A stretch of DNA of 64,000 nt from Kondoa subrosea (taxonomy: Eukaryota): contig BCIN01000008.1 of the NCBI GenBank assembly GCA_039545335.1, forward strand, positions 445,528-509,527. The letters are read 5' to 3'. A program made the position numbers and the translations under genes. Within the stretch, counting starts at the first letter, position 1. Every line of letters begins with the position of its first letter. The notes beneath the pieces are model-generated. The model had not been told where the DNA came from, searched no databases, and saw nothing but the letters and a program-made list of their open reading frames with translations. Below, piece by piece: positions 12,706-26,500 of this stretch.

Positions 12706-14259
12706 CTACATCTTCCGGCGGAAAGCTGATACTTTGCTTCTACTCGGTAAACTACTCTTGACTGCTTGTGATCCGCCGAATGAACCAAACGAACTTGAGC
12801 TTGAGGTCGGCTCCGATAAGCGAGCCTTCTTCGCTGCAGGTTGAGAGATGAAATCCAGTAGATTTGCGGCAGAATCGGCTTGAGTGAGAGAAGGTCTTGG
12901 TCGAGTTCTGACTGGTTCAGCTACTGGTCGACCAAAGATTTTCGGTTTCGCCAACTTGACCGGATTCTCTTTCTTTTCGCTTCGAAGATCATGACCTGGT
13001 TGGTAACCTATATTGAGAGGATCGAGAATACGGATGAAGATAGCACATCCGGGTTCATTCTTCTCTTTTGACTTGCTTTTCTTGAAAGTAGGTAATTGAT
13101 GGAATCTTGTTCCACTCACTCCTTCTTTCATCTCCTCTTCTGCTCCCGCTTCATCCTCGTCTTCTGATTCCACACTAGCTACTCTCGTTTCATCCCTTCT
13201 CATAATGTGAGTCTGCAAATTAAATCTATGCGCCGTTGTTCCACTGGCTATGTTCTCTCCTTTCCCTGTTCGAAAGGCAGCTCCTTTGTTACTTTCGATA
13301 GCAGCGTCTTCCCATAAAGTAGATGCATCGATCTTCATCGTCCCGCTTACTCGACCATGAATTGCTGAATAGGCTGAATTAAGTGGACGAGGTTTAGCAG
13401 ATATACACGATTGAGTGTCTTTACGATCTAATGAGTTTATCAGAATAGTAGGTGGTATCGAAGGGGTGGGAGAAGAAGAGGAAAGAGAATTGTAACGCTT
13501 GAGAGAAGTTATGAGCGACATGTCCGTCTGAATAAGATCTAGATCTCGACTTGATCTAGCTAAGCGGAAGTGATGACGGTGTTTAGGTAGGGAGTTGATG
13601 CCGACGCGTAATGTGTCGATAACGGGTCCGGGTGTGCAATTGGTATTCCTGAGATCTAGGATGCAGAGAGAGGGAAGGAGGTGCATTCGAGCTGCGAAAG
13701 ACAGTGTTATTCGTGAACAACCTTCTAGTGAGAGGATCCGAAGATGCTTGAAGTCATGTTCACTGCTTGTGAGGTATGTAGCAGATTTCTAAAGATATTC
13801 AGACGGGTACAATGAGCTAGGGGAACCGCTTACATCCGTTATACTGTTGTGAGAAACCCGTAGAGCTGTGAGCGATCGACCGAGAATAGGTCGAATGGTG
13901 TTAATAAATTGATCATCGATGTTGAGAAGCGGATCTTGCAAATCCAAGACAGTAATGAAAGAGAACGGTGTAGTCTCTTGACTTCTCCAGATACATCTTT
14001 CATGTAAAATCTTCAACTCCAGACCATCACTCAGCGTTAGCCCAGTGTATACTAAGTATTGCGAAGGTAATTCATTCTGAGCGATCAGTGCCAACCAGAG
14101 ACCATAAGGTAATTTCGGGTCTAGAATATTATTGCGCGGCCAGCTCGCATGGATAGCTTTTGCTAAGAATGTGGAGGCACGGGCAGGAAGACTTGTGAAC
14201 GCCAGCGCCAGCAGAAGATCTTCGTCTTGGGACATTCGACAAAGACGTGCAACGATCAT
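12706..14259 (-). CDS. Hypothetical protein with short LRR region and disordered C-terminus
   Basis: Long ORFs with LRR-like ITVLDL, LTALRVSHNSITD and LCILDLRNTNCT, and an NLS-like AKKARL. The start is uncertain. Confidence 0.55.
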
Positions 14260-14709
14260 GTCAAATAGCGAAGTAGTAGATGAGAGAAATATGTGAGCGA
14301 AATCTGTTTGCGCGTGTATGTTGCGATCGAGAGCAGTTCGGCTGAGGTGATTAGACTTGAGAATAACAGAATCGTCTGAGTCGCGAATGCATGAAACATA
14401 AGATCATTACGACGACGTACAAACACGATGACGAAAGAAGGGTAAAGCAAAACAGACGAAGAGGAAAGGAATAGTGAAGTATGTAAATCAACATGCATTC
14501 GGAAACTCAAAAGGGAGAAGACTAACGCGTTGAGAGTGAATCTGAATGATTCCATACGTTATCTGTCGCCTTCATTCTGTCCATCTTCCTTTAGATTCTC
14601 TCGAAATGCTTGCTTGACCCAAAACCGCGAAGTCTGGGGATAAGATACCTGTGGTCGTGCCAAGAGCCTTGGAGAATATCACTGTCTGCGCTTGCTGGAT
14701 GAGTACCCA

Positions 14710-17700
14710 ATGAGCTTCACTTTTGGGAACTATTCGATGTTTGGGTCAACCGCTGCAAGTAGACAGCAAGATCTGCTCAAGCAAATGGCGGACCAGCAAA
14801 GACAAGGGCAGCCTGCTCCTATGGCTCTTTCGAATGCATCTCCTAGTGTTTCTAGACCTACAATTGCTGCTTTGCCTGCAAATGAAAGTAATCCTTCGTT
14901 GAATAGCAGACCTATTGTCCAAGTCACTACTCATCCGGTCAGAACTGCTCTTGCTTCAACGGAAGATGTTAGAGAAGAGGAAGAGGAGGAAGATGAACTG
15001 GCTAGTGATGCAGAGACGAATGCTGCTGGTTTACAAGCTCCAATACCCGACGTCTTGCCAGCAGCGCCCGAACTTACGCCCGAGGGATCCGCCGGTGGTA
15101 CACAAGCAGAAGGAGAGCCTAAGAAGAAAGGGCGGAGATCAATCACTCCTACAACAACGAAGGTCAGTGGATCATTCACAGCAGCGCAGTTTGATATGAC
15201 AACTTTCGTTTCTCCAGTGCGGTGAAAGTGGACTAATTGGTCACCGAGCGACGAACAAGACTTGTCCCAAATATGCTGAAAGAACTGCTCGAGTCGAAGC
15301 AAAGACGCGTGAATATGTCAATGCTCGTCTAGCTCAAGACGAGGAGGAAGAAGCTGCTGCTTCAGCTGAACGAGAGACAATATCCACTACAGCACGTAAT
15401 ACCTCGCCAGATCGCAACTCTCGGATCCCAACACCGCCAGTTCCTGCTGCACGAATGCATGATCACGAGCATTTAGCTATTACTCGGATCTTAGAGAATC
15501 TCTTGGCCGCCAGAGACCAGAGAGATCAGATGATCGTGGATTGTTTTGCTTTTCTGCCTTGTCCCGCTGCTCATGGCGAATATTACAACCAAGTCGAATC
15601 CCCAAGGAGTTTGCAAACTATCAAGGTGCGCCAACAATAGCTGCATATCGGAATGTAATTAATGAACATTCTGCTATTCGCGCAGAGGGCGTGAGTTTTC
15701 TTCCACTCGAATAGATGAATTGGGCTGAAAGCTCGATGCAGTCATTCTGAAAGGCGCTATTTCAATCAGCAGCAAGTGTACTTCGATCTTAAGTTGGTAT
15801 CACTGAACGGTCTGCAGGTGTTTGACAAGGTGTGTTTGTCTCACACAGTACGAAGAGCTCATTCAGTTCATCCAACTAGAACTCAAACGGTACTCATCGG
15901 TTCTCATGTATTATTAATGTGGGCTGACATATCTGGAGCAGGATATCGAGCATCTCATCGTCTCTCCGACAAGATTGACGATCTATGGGACGAGCAATTT
16001 CCAAGTGTTCGCATGTCTGCTGATATGAAAGATCCGGGCAGATCTGTACCGCAGACGGACACAATTCATGCCTACTATCTCCAAGAAGGCATGTCAGCTA
16101 CCTTACCTGAGATCATCTTCCATCAAAGGTCAAGTACAGTCGATCGAGATGCTTCAGTCATTCCTACCGAAAGACCAGCTTCTTCGCCCTTCGCACCCAG
16201 GCAGCAAAGTAAATCAGCTGCTCCAGAGGAAGTGATCAAACGAACTTCTCCACCTATACTCAAACAATCTTCTCCTGCTCCTCAGCATCCCGTTGCAAGC
16301 AGCAGCAAACTTCAAGCAAAACCTCAACCTATCTGCTACGATTTGACCGACTTACCTGATACGCCTCCTCCTACACCTCCACTTGAATCTGACATACAAC
16401 AGGAAGAAGCAGTATTACCTAATCCCAGTACAGTCGAAGAAGTGCTGAAAGACAGGGAAGCATCTCTTCCTCCAGTCGATGAAAGTATGGATCTGGATCA
16501 ACCTGAGCCTGATCAAGCTCCAGCTCAACAACCTTCTTATAGCGACAATCGGGATTCGTCGCCTTTCGATGTTGAAGCTCTTTTGGAAGAAGCTTATTCC
16601 GGACCAGAGAAAGGCAGCGAATCTAGAAGGGTAGAAGAGAATTCTGAGACTGCGCAAGTGTCTCGCCAACCAGAAGAAATGATGCAAGAGATACAAATAC
16701 AAGACAACAATACTTTGACCACTACTCAAGTGCCTATAGTGCCTAGGCGGAGTGTTTCTCATGATATACAAGTATCTCAATCTACCGTAATTGGTCAAGA
16801 TCTGATGCAGTCTCGTTCGAGCTCGAAAGAACGCAGATCAGAACAGCAACAACCCAATCATATGACTGCCGATCCTCCCGGTACCATTCCATCTATCGTT
16901 GCCAATGTTCCTTCTCGCTCAGTATCCCCACGTAGTCCGCCTTTACAAAATGACAGATCGATTGTTCTTGAACCTCCCGTTCGAGCAACCTCAGTCGCTT
17001 CGAACGTAGAAAGTGGTGCTGAGGCAGATGCCGAAATGACGGACGTTCCTGTAGCGCGCAGCAAATCACCTGATAAAGGCAAGGGTGTTGATCGAACTCA
17101 GTATTTGCCATCGTCACCTCGAAAAGCACAAATTACCGATAGTGCGACTCCCAGAAAACGATTTAAAGCTGTACCCAGTAGGAAAAGTGGTGCTAGTAAT
17201 GCGGAAGATTTCTTCAGCCCAAACAGAACTTCAGCTCTTGCTAGCGCAACAAACAAGGCGCGAAGTCTATCCCCGAATCTGCAAGCTGAAAGGGCAGGTG
17301 CAAGTCAAGATGGTATCTCTTTTTCTCAAGCTGCTTCCGCTCCAGAAGCTGCTGTCATTGGCAGCTCATCGGATTCAGATATTGAGATCATCAACAATCA
17401 ATCTGTCCCACCTGTCCTGGCTCCTTTAGTCACAGCTGATGCTCAACACCAGTCCTCTATCGACGCTGAAATGGATGTTCTGGATGTACCAGCAGATCTC
17501 AATGAGATGCAAGTGGATAGTCCAGCAGAAATGGAAGAAGATACAGAAAGAGTGACTATTCCTCCGAAGCGCGATGAGCAACGACCAGTCAAGAAACGGC
17601 GGATTGGAATGGGTATGCCGACCTCTCGCACCGGTCTTCCATCTCAACGCCGTCCGACACCGGAAGGCGGTTATGAATATGAAGCACCTTACGACATGGG

Positions 17701-19892
17701 TCCGGAAGGCAAAGCAACTATTCGAGTACGATTGTGTAAAGACAAGCATGGACCCAACTTGATAGAAATCCTCAATTCGGACGGAGACAAGGCATCCTGG
17801 CCTCAGTCCGGCCATGAAGAACCAGATAGTACTGGCCAGGTCGATTACTGGCGAGCTTTACCAGACAAATCGGAGGAAGCAAAGACTTGGTATCGTACTA
17901 TTGGCATGGAACTAGCAGATTTCTGGGATCTCTCGCAGAAGAAAGGTATGTATTTGCTTCGCTAATAAGGCATGTCTGTGTTGACGATGATTGTAGATCG
18001 ACAAGAATGGGCTCTCAGATGCTGGCCTCGTGGATATAAACTTTTCGAACATCTGAAGGGAGGCCAACGAAGACCTATAGTGGAGCAACATCTGTGCGGT
18101 TCCAATTTTGCACAATCATGGGCAACGCCTAGGAAAGCTTTGGATCACCTCAACATGCTAGTTAAAGCAGATCCTGCGCCCTGTCCTTGCGAAAGCTGTC
18201 GAGCTCGAGCAGGCGCTGTCCATGTTCAAGTCCCACCTTTGCCTGAGGGTACGAAGATGGCTAGCGAATCGATCATTTGGACACAGCAAAGTCTGGTTGC
18301 TCAAGCCTTCAAACCTCATACAACAGGAACTGGAACCTACGAATACAATCACGAGCTAGGTTTTCACAAAGCCGAAGGCAAAGCTCCTACAACTGATAAT
18401 TATGGACCTCCTAAAGCTCGAGCAAGAGAGAGCAGAAAACTCAAATTTCAAGCAAAGGCCAAAGGATACAAAGGTCCCTATATCAACAGAGAGCGCGAAG
18501 AAGATTTGGCTCGAAGCATTTCTACAAGTTGGGTCCGACATGGAGAAATGGTCTGGGCTCGCATCGCTTATCTTGTCAATGAAGACAACACCATATTCAT
18601 CTCCTACTGGCCTGGTGTCGTTGTCGACCGGCGTCTCATCATTGATACTAAAGTCAGAGCGTCGAAATTGGGCAAATCTGGAGAAACGCCTAGGGAAGAT
18701 GCTTACGAGAATGAACAGCACGTTGAATTCCAGATTGCTCTGTTTGGACTGGTCGAACTGGTTTGGCGAAGCAATGGTGAAATGCTACCAGCCTTAGGTC
18801 ATCAACCCGCTTCTGTACTCAAGACGCTCCCCCTTACTTCCCAAAGCTTTGCTCATATTTATGATGATGAAGAAAAGAAAATCAAAAGAGCTCAATTGCG
18901 TCAACTACTCAAAAGCGACGCCGAAGAAGCACTTTCGGCTTATGCTTTAGCTCTTGAAATCGCTGCTAATGTAGCTTCGAGTTTCAACTTCTTTGATCTA
19001 TACATTACTCGAGAGGAAGGCAAACGAGCCAAAGATACAAAAGAAGTGGCTAATTATCAAGGAGTATATCTTGGAGGTGAACGAATTTGGGTTGGCGATC
19101 TCGTGCGGTTGATTGTGATTACCATGAACGACAAGAGAAGAGAAATTCCGATTCCTGATCCACTTCCCAAGAGAATCGATGCGGATGCAACAATGGGAGC
19201 AGAGGAAGAAGTCGATACTGGTCGCAGTCTCTTGCTCAAGATCAATTCTATCTACTTGGACAGCGAATATGATCATCCTAGAGTATCCGGATCAATCTAT
19301 GAGCTATACGACGAGGATCAATTTGTCACAAACCCAAAAGAAGGTCTTTGTCATCCTGATGAACGGTTCATGCCTTCTCCTCCACCTGGTCACAAGTTTC
19401 GTCTATTGACTGCTATCGGCTGCGAGCATACACTGGACATTGAGCAGTCAGTCTAAAGTCGCAGAGGGAGAATTCTAGGCTAATGTCTGATTCGTAGCAT
19501 CGCTGGTCGATACTATCAAGCTGATCTGCTACATCCCTCTCCTGAAGCTGTGGATGAACCACACGTACCCAAGCTGGATGAAGAAGGCAATGTCGAAGTC
19601 GAGCTGCATACAGATGCGGATCGATGTATGGCTATAGCTGGATTACCACCAGTGTACGTTGCGATTGCTGAACGTAGTGACATGCGATGCTAATAATATG
19701 CTTATGCTATGTACAGGGATTATTTGTTCATTCCCTTTAGTGTTTGTCCCGATCTCTTCCTTTATCGGATGAAGATGAGCTGAACTTGTTCCCGTCCAAT
19801 TTTAGACTTGGGAGAAGAATCGACAAGCTGCGGTCATAAATGCCGAGAAGACTGCGGCAGAAGTGATTTTGGAACTCCATGGACAGACATAA
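14710..19892 (+). CDS. Clr2-family transcriptional silencing protein with N-terminal bromodomain-like region
   Basis: Clr2-like motifs WALRCWPRGYKLFEHLKG...HLCGS...HLNML...CPCESC, VRHGEMVW...YWPG, YQGVYLGGERIWVGDLVRL and IAGRYY. Upstream bromodomain-like FAFLP...EYYNQVESPRSLQTIK...Y...DLKLVSLNG. Confidence 0.75.
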
Positions 19893-20038
19893 GAAGCGCA
19901 TCTCGTTAAATGCCTGGGAAGGTTTCAGCTTGATTGTACAGCATGGATGTATTATAACTCACGTCTTCGGAATTGTACATTGAGTAGATACTCTTCGCGA
20001 CCTGCTCCTCCGTCCGCGCAATATGCTCGGCGAAAGAA

Positions 20039-20420
20039 TCACTTGCAAGTCTTGCAGCCATCAAATTGCATCTCTTCTTCCCTAAGATCGGCTACATTGA
20101 TTCCCCTAAGTAGAGCCGGTGCAGGCACAGAAGCATTGGATACAGGCTGTTTTGTTTCCAAGTATGCTCGTCTTAAGGCTTGCTCTTCGAACTCCGCTTC
20201 TCTTGCGGCCTTCTTGCTAGCTCTTCTAGCTTCATCCCTTATAACACCCTGATACATATTCTAAATGCAATCACGGAGCTCAGAGTTGCATTTCAATGTG
20301 AATCGGCAATCAACGAACTTCGCCCTCTCTGATCTGCAGCCAATGTACACCATAAACGATAAAAGTAGACAGGCATATTGCACCACCAAGTGTTGCTTTA
20401 GCCTTGAGAGAAGAAGCCAT
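20039..20420 (-). CDS. PET117: Cytochrome c oxidase assembly factor Pet117
   Basis: Exon 1 MASSLKAKATLGGAICLSTFIVYGVHWLQIREGE splices to MYQGVIRDEARR, giving the VH..Q..E...M..GVIRD signature. Confidence 0.8.
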
Positions 20421-20697
20421 TCACACAACCAGAAGAACTTCAAGAGGCTGTGGAAGTTTTGGACAGAACCTGTAAATCGAAAACAACGACGCATCCTTCG
20501 GCTCGGCTTGCGAGAACCGACAGAGAGCGAGAGAGAACAGACCGCATTATATCCTCAGACCATTGGGTCTCATTGTTATACCACTTTCTTCGGTCGTGAT
20601 ATCATTACACTAAGTTTCGCTTCAAATTCGAGAGAGAGACTTCAGCTTCGACTGCATTTGAGGCTCTGCCTTTCTGTTCCTCTGCTTCTTCTTTCCG

Positions 20698-21908
20698 ATG
20701 GCTTATGCTCCTCCTTCTCATGCTCCTCCGCTCCCACCGAGAAATCAACAAACAGACGATGATCTGAATCTAACTTCTGAACCTCCTCCTGCTTATACAC
20801 CTACGCCGAATACATACAATGAACAATCAGTTGATTATGGACCTTCTAGGCCATTTCAAGAATCTTACCAAGCGCCCAATATTCCACCTCCTCAACGTTA
20901 TGAAGGACCAGGTGTTCAATCTCAGCATACAGGCGTCTACTCTCCTTTCCCTCTTCAAAATCCATTACCCGGACAAGCGAGACCTGCACTGCAAGGCGCT
21001 TTCGACAGCTACCAGCCGCCTGCTTTACCTCCGCGACAGAATTATTCTGCTCCTCCTGCTCAATCAATACCTTGGCAACCTAGTAGTAGTCCAATTGCCG
21101 GACAAGTACTGCTGAGGAATGGCGAGATATTGGTTTTCCCAAAGACTGGTCACAAGAGTTGCTCCAAATGTAATGACACGGGCTACAAATCAGCAGATCC
21201 ATCGAATCCGTGCAAAAAATGTTCGCAAATCGCTTGTACTATTGCTTTCAGAAGTATTTATATGAATTGTTACAGGCTTTGACAAGTTTGGCAAACCTTT
21301 TTCTGGAGCACTCAAAATCGCTCTCACGTCGAATAATCCGACTCTAGCTAATCCACCGACAGGTGTTCAAATGCCTTTACCTCGATCTCAACCTCCCCAG
21401 CAATCTCAACCTCAACAAAGCTATAACGCTTTCCCAGGTCAACAATATCAGCAGCAAAACATACATCAGCAACAACAATTGTATACTAATCCATATTCTC
21501 CTCCTCAGATGATGATGCCTCAACCTCAAATGAGACCCGGTCCGATAGTAGTTAGACCAGGTGATCCAAGGATAGGGTTAGTTGGAGCTCTCATCGATTT
21601 TTTGTCTTACTACAAACTCATGATCTCTTTGTTTGCAGAGGGAGACTATGTTATGAATGTGGTGGAGATGGGTTAGTGGGTGCTGGGTTCTTCATGCTTG
21701 TAAGTCAAAGAACTTTGGTTTTCTCTTGTAACGTACTAAGCGCATTATTCGCTATCAGGATCAAGTGACGTGCTAGTAAGCTTGTTTCTTCTTGAAAAGT
21801 TACGAAAGACTGCTCATTAATGTTGCAGCCGATGTAATGGTTCTGGTAAGTTGCCGATAGTGTCTTTTGCGCCTAAGCTGAAATATTACTTCAGGCCGAG
21901 TTTTCTGA
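20698..21908 (+). CDS. HUA1: Proline-rich Hua1-like zinc-finger protein
   Basis: PPAY motif, CSKCNDTGYK...PCKKC, and VVRPGDPRIG|GRLCYECGGDG...TCYRCNGSGRVF* after splicing. Confidence 0.75.
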
Positions 21909-22221
21909 AAAGACTCAGGGATTGTGTTGCGTATAGATGCGCACATCCGCGGTGTACAATGTATATAGGGAAAGATCGGACTTTGTCCCATCAAATAGAC
22001 TGTAGATAGAGATTGTTAGTCAAGCGAAGTTTGGAATGGTTCTAAGCATTGTAGAGAATTGGACAATCATTGTAACAGAGCACAAGATACGAATGTACGC
22101 AATGAAGTTTTTTGCAAGAGTTTTTCGCGACATTTTCTATGACCAGTGACCTATTCGCGCAAAAACGAAGTCAGAGGCTGTCAAAAAGCAAAAGGCTAGT
22201 GCTGACCCGCTAATTAACGCC

Positions 22222-23366
22222 CTAGAGCTTCTTGGCCTTGACCATAGCTGTCGAGGAAAATTTTAGCTTGCGCGGAAACTACTTCCCTGGTCAGACACTA
22301 ACATTCAATGTCAGCAACGGCTTGAGCCAAGATATCTTTCTGGATCTGAGGGTTATCAAGATCCTTGAGGACTTTGCCAATGACTGAGTCGACCAATTCC
22401 TTCTGTTCAGCTTCACGAGCTTGAGCTTCGAATCGAACCCAGGAGTCCAAAGTCGACTTGATCTCGGAAGCAAGGGTGACTTTCTGGCGAAGAACGAAAG
22501 CTTCATGTTCTAATTGAGCGGTTTCCTGTCAGCACAAGGAAGCATTAGATAATGCTATTATTTGGGCCAATCTTGCTCACTTTGGACAAGTCAAACAGGC
22601 CTTTAGTAACGCCAACAACATCCTTCATCTCTTCCACAGTGGTGATACGTTCACGCACAGCAGAGGTGTGCTCTGTTCGTGCGGCATTGAGAATGCCAGA
22701 GATTTTCTCAATCTGTCCATCCGCCCATTCCCGGTAAGGAGCACGAATAGCCTATTTTGCGTCCGATTAAATACAAGGCCACTCTTTTTGGCTTTCAGCG
22801 ACCTACAGAAGCGATGTAGGTTGCTAAAAGGGCAAAACTTCCAAGAATGATTGTTTCCTCGTTCACCACATAGAGCTAAGCAGTCGAGAAGCATAGACAT
22901 AAGCGAATGGAGCTAATATAATGGCAGATCTGCTTTGCAGAAGCCTTTGACATACCTCTGAAGAGATGGCCAATCCGCTGAGAGCTGTTCCAAGGGTAAC
23001 AATACCGGTTCTGCAGTAAAGCATCAGTATCCCGCTTCATTTTGGACTTTCGTAGGATCATTGCAAGAGAACAGACTTTGAGACTATCGAGTTCCCAGCT
23101 GTTAAATGAAGTAGTCAGTACAAATGATCCGTATTAAGTCTAAGGGCGAATCCGCACGAAGGGCATCGATCAAGCTCTTCGCCTTGTCGGCAGGCGCTAC
23201 AGCAGTAGCGGTGTTGCTCTGAAATCTTGCTTGGATGCTGTTTTTGTGTACAAATTGAGCAAACGGGACATTTAGGCGAATTTGAGAGCCCTGACCAAGG
23301 CAAAGCAGCTGGCAGTGAGCTTGCGCTTCTTAAAGGAACCCGAGAAAGGAGACGAAGAGATGCCAT
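22222..23366 (-). CDS. ATP4: Mitochondrial ATP synthase subunit b (subunit 4)
   Basis: Presequence MASLRLLSRVPLR, then spliced DKAKSLIDALPGNSIVSKTGIVTLG, ELYVVNEETI, KGLFDLSK and LDSWVRFEAQAREAEQ. Confidence 0.9.
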
Positions 23367-23574
23367 GGCTGTCCGAGGTCTAACGCTCGCACGAAAAGGC
23401 TTGGGAGCGGTGATGAAGTTGAGGAGGTCGGCGAAGTCGGTGATGAAATGGTGATTTACGAAGCGGTTCAAAGCAAATATCTATATATCATATGCAGCGT
23501 ATACAAGGCATGTACAAGTCTAAACGATATCTTTGATCCCAAATTTTTGTTTGCGTTCTTTTCGGCTTTCCTGT

Positions 23575-26500
23575 TCAAGCCTTTGCAGATTTGGTTTGCT
23601 TTGATCTGCGCAAGCTACTCGTTAGCCACGGGACCGTGCCTACACAGTGAATGCTTACCGAAGCTTCATCATTAGGAAGACGAGGCTGTCCAAAAGTGTC
23701 AGATGAAGTAAGTTTCAGATGCGACGGAGCTCACGCATAAGACGAAATGCAGAACAGTAGCGTTATGAACAGATCTCGCGTCATATAGTAGTGCTCGCCA
23801 AGATTCAAAGTCGCCAGGTACTCTGATCCTTTCGAGTAGATACAATAACCGCACTCTGTTGTCGATTGCTGCATAGCAAAATTCAGCTCTTGTCGTACAG
23901 AGCTTGACATTTGAGACTCACTGGATTCTGAATATAGCCGGTGTTGGTTTGCATAAATGGTGCCAAGTACTGCTCGCACGTCTGCCCTTGAGGAGGGACA
24001 AAGCGAGCAAGCTCCCGCTCTGCGCAACGGACAGGGACGTCCCATACGATGGCATTCAATAGTGTACCCATGAGGAAGCTGTGCATCACAATATTGACTA
24101 TTAGTACAGCGCGCCGACGACACAAAGATTTGCTCACCGGAAAGGATTGAGGTACTAGTGGGTGAATGAGACTTTGTATACAGTTGTTACATGTGACGAG
24201 ATACTTACATAGAGCCAATCACGCCAAACGCTGAGGGTAAAAACGCAATTTGTCAGCGCACGCATTGAATTGGAGGAACAATCAACGAACGGAGTGATTT
24301 GATTTGGAGGAGACAGAACACCGCAGAACAAGACCAGCACGGTGATGATGAGAGGATTAACCAATGAAGCAAAGACGGCATTTGGTGCGTATGCAGCGAT
24401 AAACTGTTGTATTCATTCAGCAAAGTGGAACGACATTCATCAATGGACCCTTCACCTGTCCAAGGCCGGTATAGACTGAGTTGCAATTGAGTAAGGTACT
24501 AGATTTGCTCTGCAGTGCAGAGACCTACGGAACTAGAAAGTAAAGAGTGGTCAGCATCGAGCCCAAAATCTGGACTAGAAGCAAACGCACTTCATAAAGC
24601 ACCATCTCAGCGAATACAACGCCTGCCACATTCTTGTCGAAGGAAAAGCCGACAACGCTGTAAAAAGGATCGATTACATGAAACATGGGCAAGAAATGGA
24701 ATAGAAGACGTACGGATACCAGCAAACCCAGTAGAGAAGGGCGCACTGTGAGGTGTACAAATTGGAATAGATTTATTTGGTCAAGTGGAAAGACACTTAC
24801 AACCAACAAATATGGCACTTCAGCTACAATCTCGCCGACAATGAATGCCTTCCAGTTGTAGATCATACTCTTCTTCTCGCGAGTTTCAAAGACATCTCTA
24901 TTGGCAATGAACTGTGGGATGATTCTTTAGATTAGCAAGCTTGTGCTTTTGAGCTTCTTTACCTTAGGCTGTGTTTGAGCTATTACACCGGGCGCGACCT
25001 GAAGCAACAAGGCTTAAATCGGCTATGAAGTGGACAGGCAGGACTTACGAAGATGAAGGTGAAGATGGTGAAGAGCCTGACAAGAGGAGATGTCAATTGT
25101 TTCACCCGCGAACCAGAATTCAACTTACCTATTCTGTAAATCGATGAACTCGGTTCCTATCATGTAATAACTGAATCCATTGAATAGTGCCGATCCAATG
25201 TGTAGGAAGACTGTAAGAGCGGTGCACTTAATGGGGGCAAGCCTTCTAAGAACTATCCGTGACGAACCTTTTGATTTGATGTAATCAGTCTGTCTGTACA
25301 GCTGAGTACTGGCTCTGCGCAAGACGACCTTCATCTGTGTGCCGAGTGAAGCAGCGTATTTGTGATCGTCGCCTCCGGAGCTGACATCCTCGTGCTTTTG
25401 GTTGTTTAACCGATCGATTTCTTGCGAAAGCTTCGAACAGCGATCTGATTCCTGCCAGATCTGACCCCAATCTTCGTCGGAAGCCTTCCCCTATAAATAC
25501 ATTGTGAGACAATCGAATACAGGAGGGCAGAGAAACAAACCGAAACAACATCAATCATGACTGCATTCAGTCATCAGCATCAGCAGAATGCACAGCACAT
25601 GTCGAAATACCTACATTCAGCTGGGTTGACATCTTTGGGCTTATCAACACCATTCTCTTCGAAATAATCCGTTATTTCGTTCACTGGGCCAAAGTAGACA
25701 GTATGGCCGCCTGCTTTCAAGAGCAAAAGCTGGTCGAAGGCTGCGAAGAGAGATGCACTTGGTTGATGAATAACGCAGATCTCCAAACAGCATCAGCGAT
25801 AGTACTGTTCAAAGTAGAAACTTCAACTCACGACAGACTGTCCTGCTTTTGCCAATTTAGTAAGGAAGGTTAAGATGAGGAAAGAGCTTTGTCCATCCAA
25901 TCCTGAAGTCGGCTAATGCAATATAATTTGATCAGATACTGAGCGGAAAAACGATGACGGTAGGGCAATACCTCATCCAAGAAAAGCAGAAGCGGTCGAG
26001 CAACTAGCTCGACCCCAATCGTCAACCTCTTCCGCTGCTCTATGGAAAGGCCAGCTCCCGGGAAGCCAACAATAGCATCCTCGATGTCTTTCAATTCAAG
26101 CAGGTCGATAATCGTGTCCACATAGGCAAGTTTCTCGGAATCTAGTTCCAAAATGAGCAACAGACCTTGCCAAGAGCTCTCGACCCACCTGGAGTGTCAC
26201 GAGGTTGGCGAAGCAAAGCGCTGAATTCAAGCGATTCCCGAACAGTCGCTTCGGGAGTATGTACATCTGATCCGATAGTAAGCGCTGTGAGGCTTGGAGT
26301 CAAGTAAGAGCTGACCCATTTGTTCACAGTAGCCCGTTGTTCTCTGGAACGAGACAGGCAGCTGTTTGCCATTGACCAGGATCTCGCCTCGCAATTCACC
26401 CTACACTGCTGTTAGCCTAGGCTGGAAGAAAGGTTCAAGCATACGCACAGTATCTTTTCGTTGGGCTAAGCAATCCATGAGAGTCGTTTTACCCGCACCA

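Noticed and set aside
23010..23075. Possible intronic C/D snoRNA in ATP4 (ATGAT...CTGA)
   Set aside because: The intron is only ~65 nt, box C is poor, and the CTGA is explained by the branch point.
23115..23471. Cys-rich 'zinc finger' ORF (CPVCSIC...CCSAC...CPSC)
   Set aside because: It is an artefact of reading through ATP4 introns and an out-of-frame exon.
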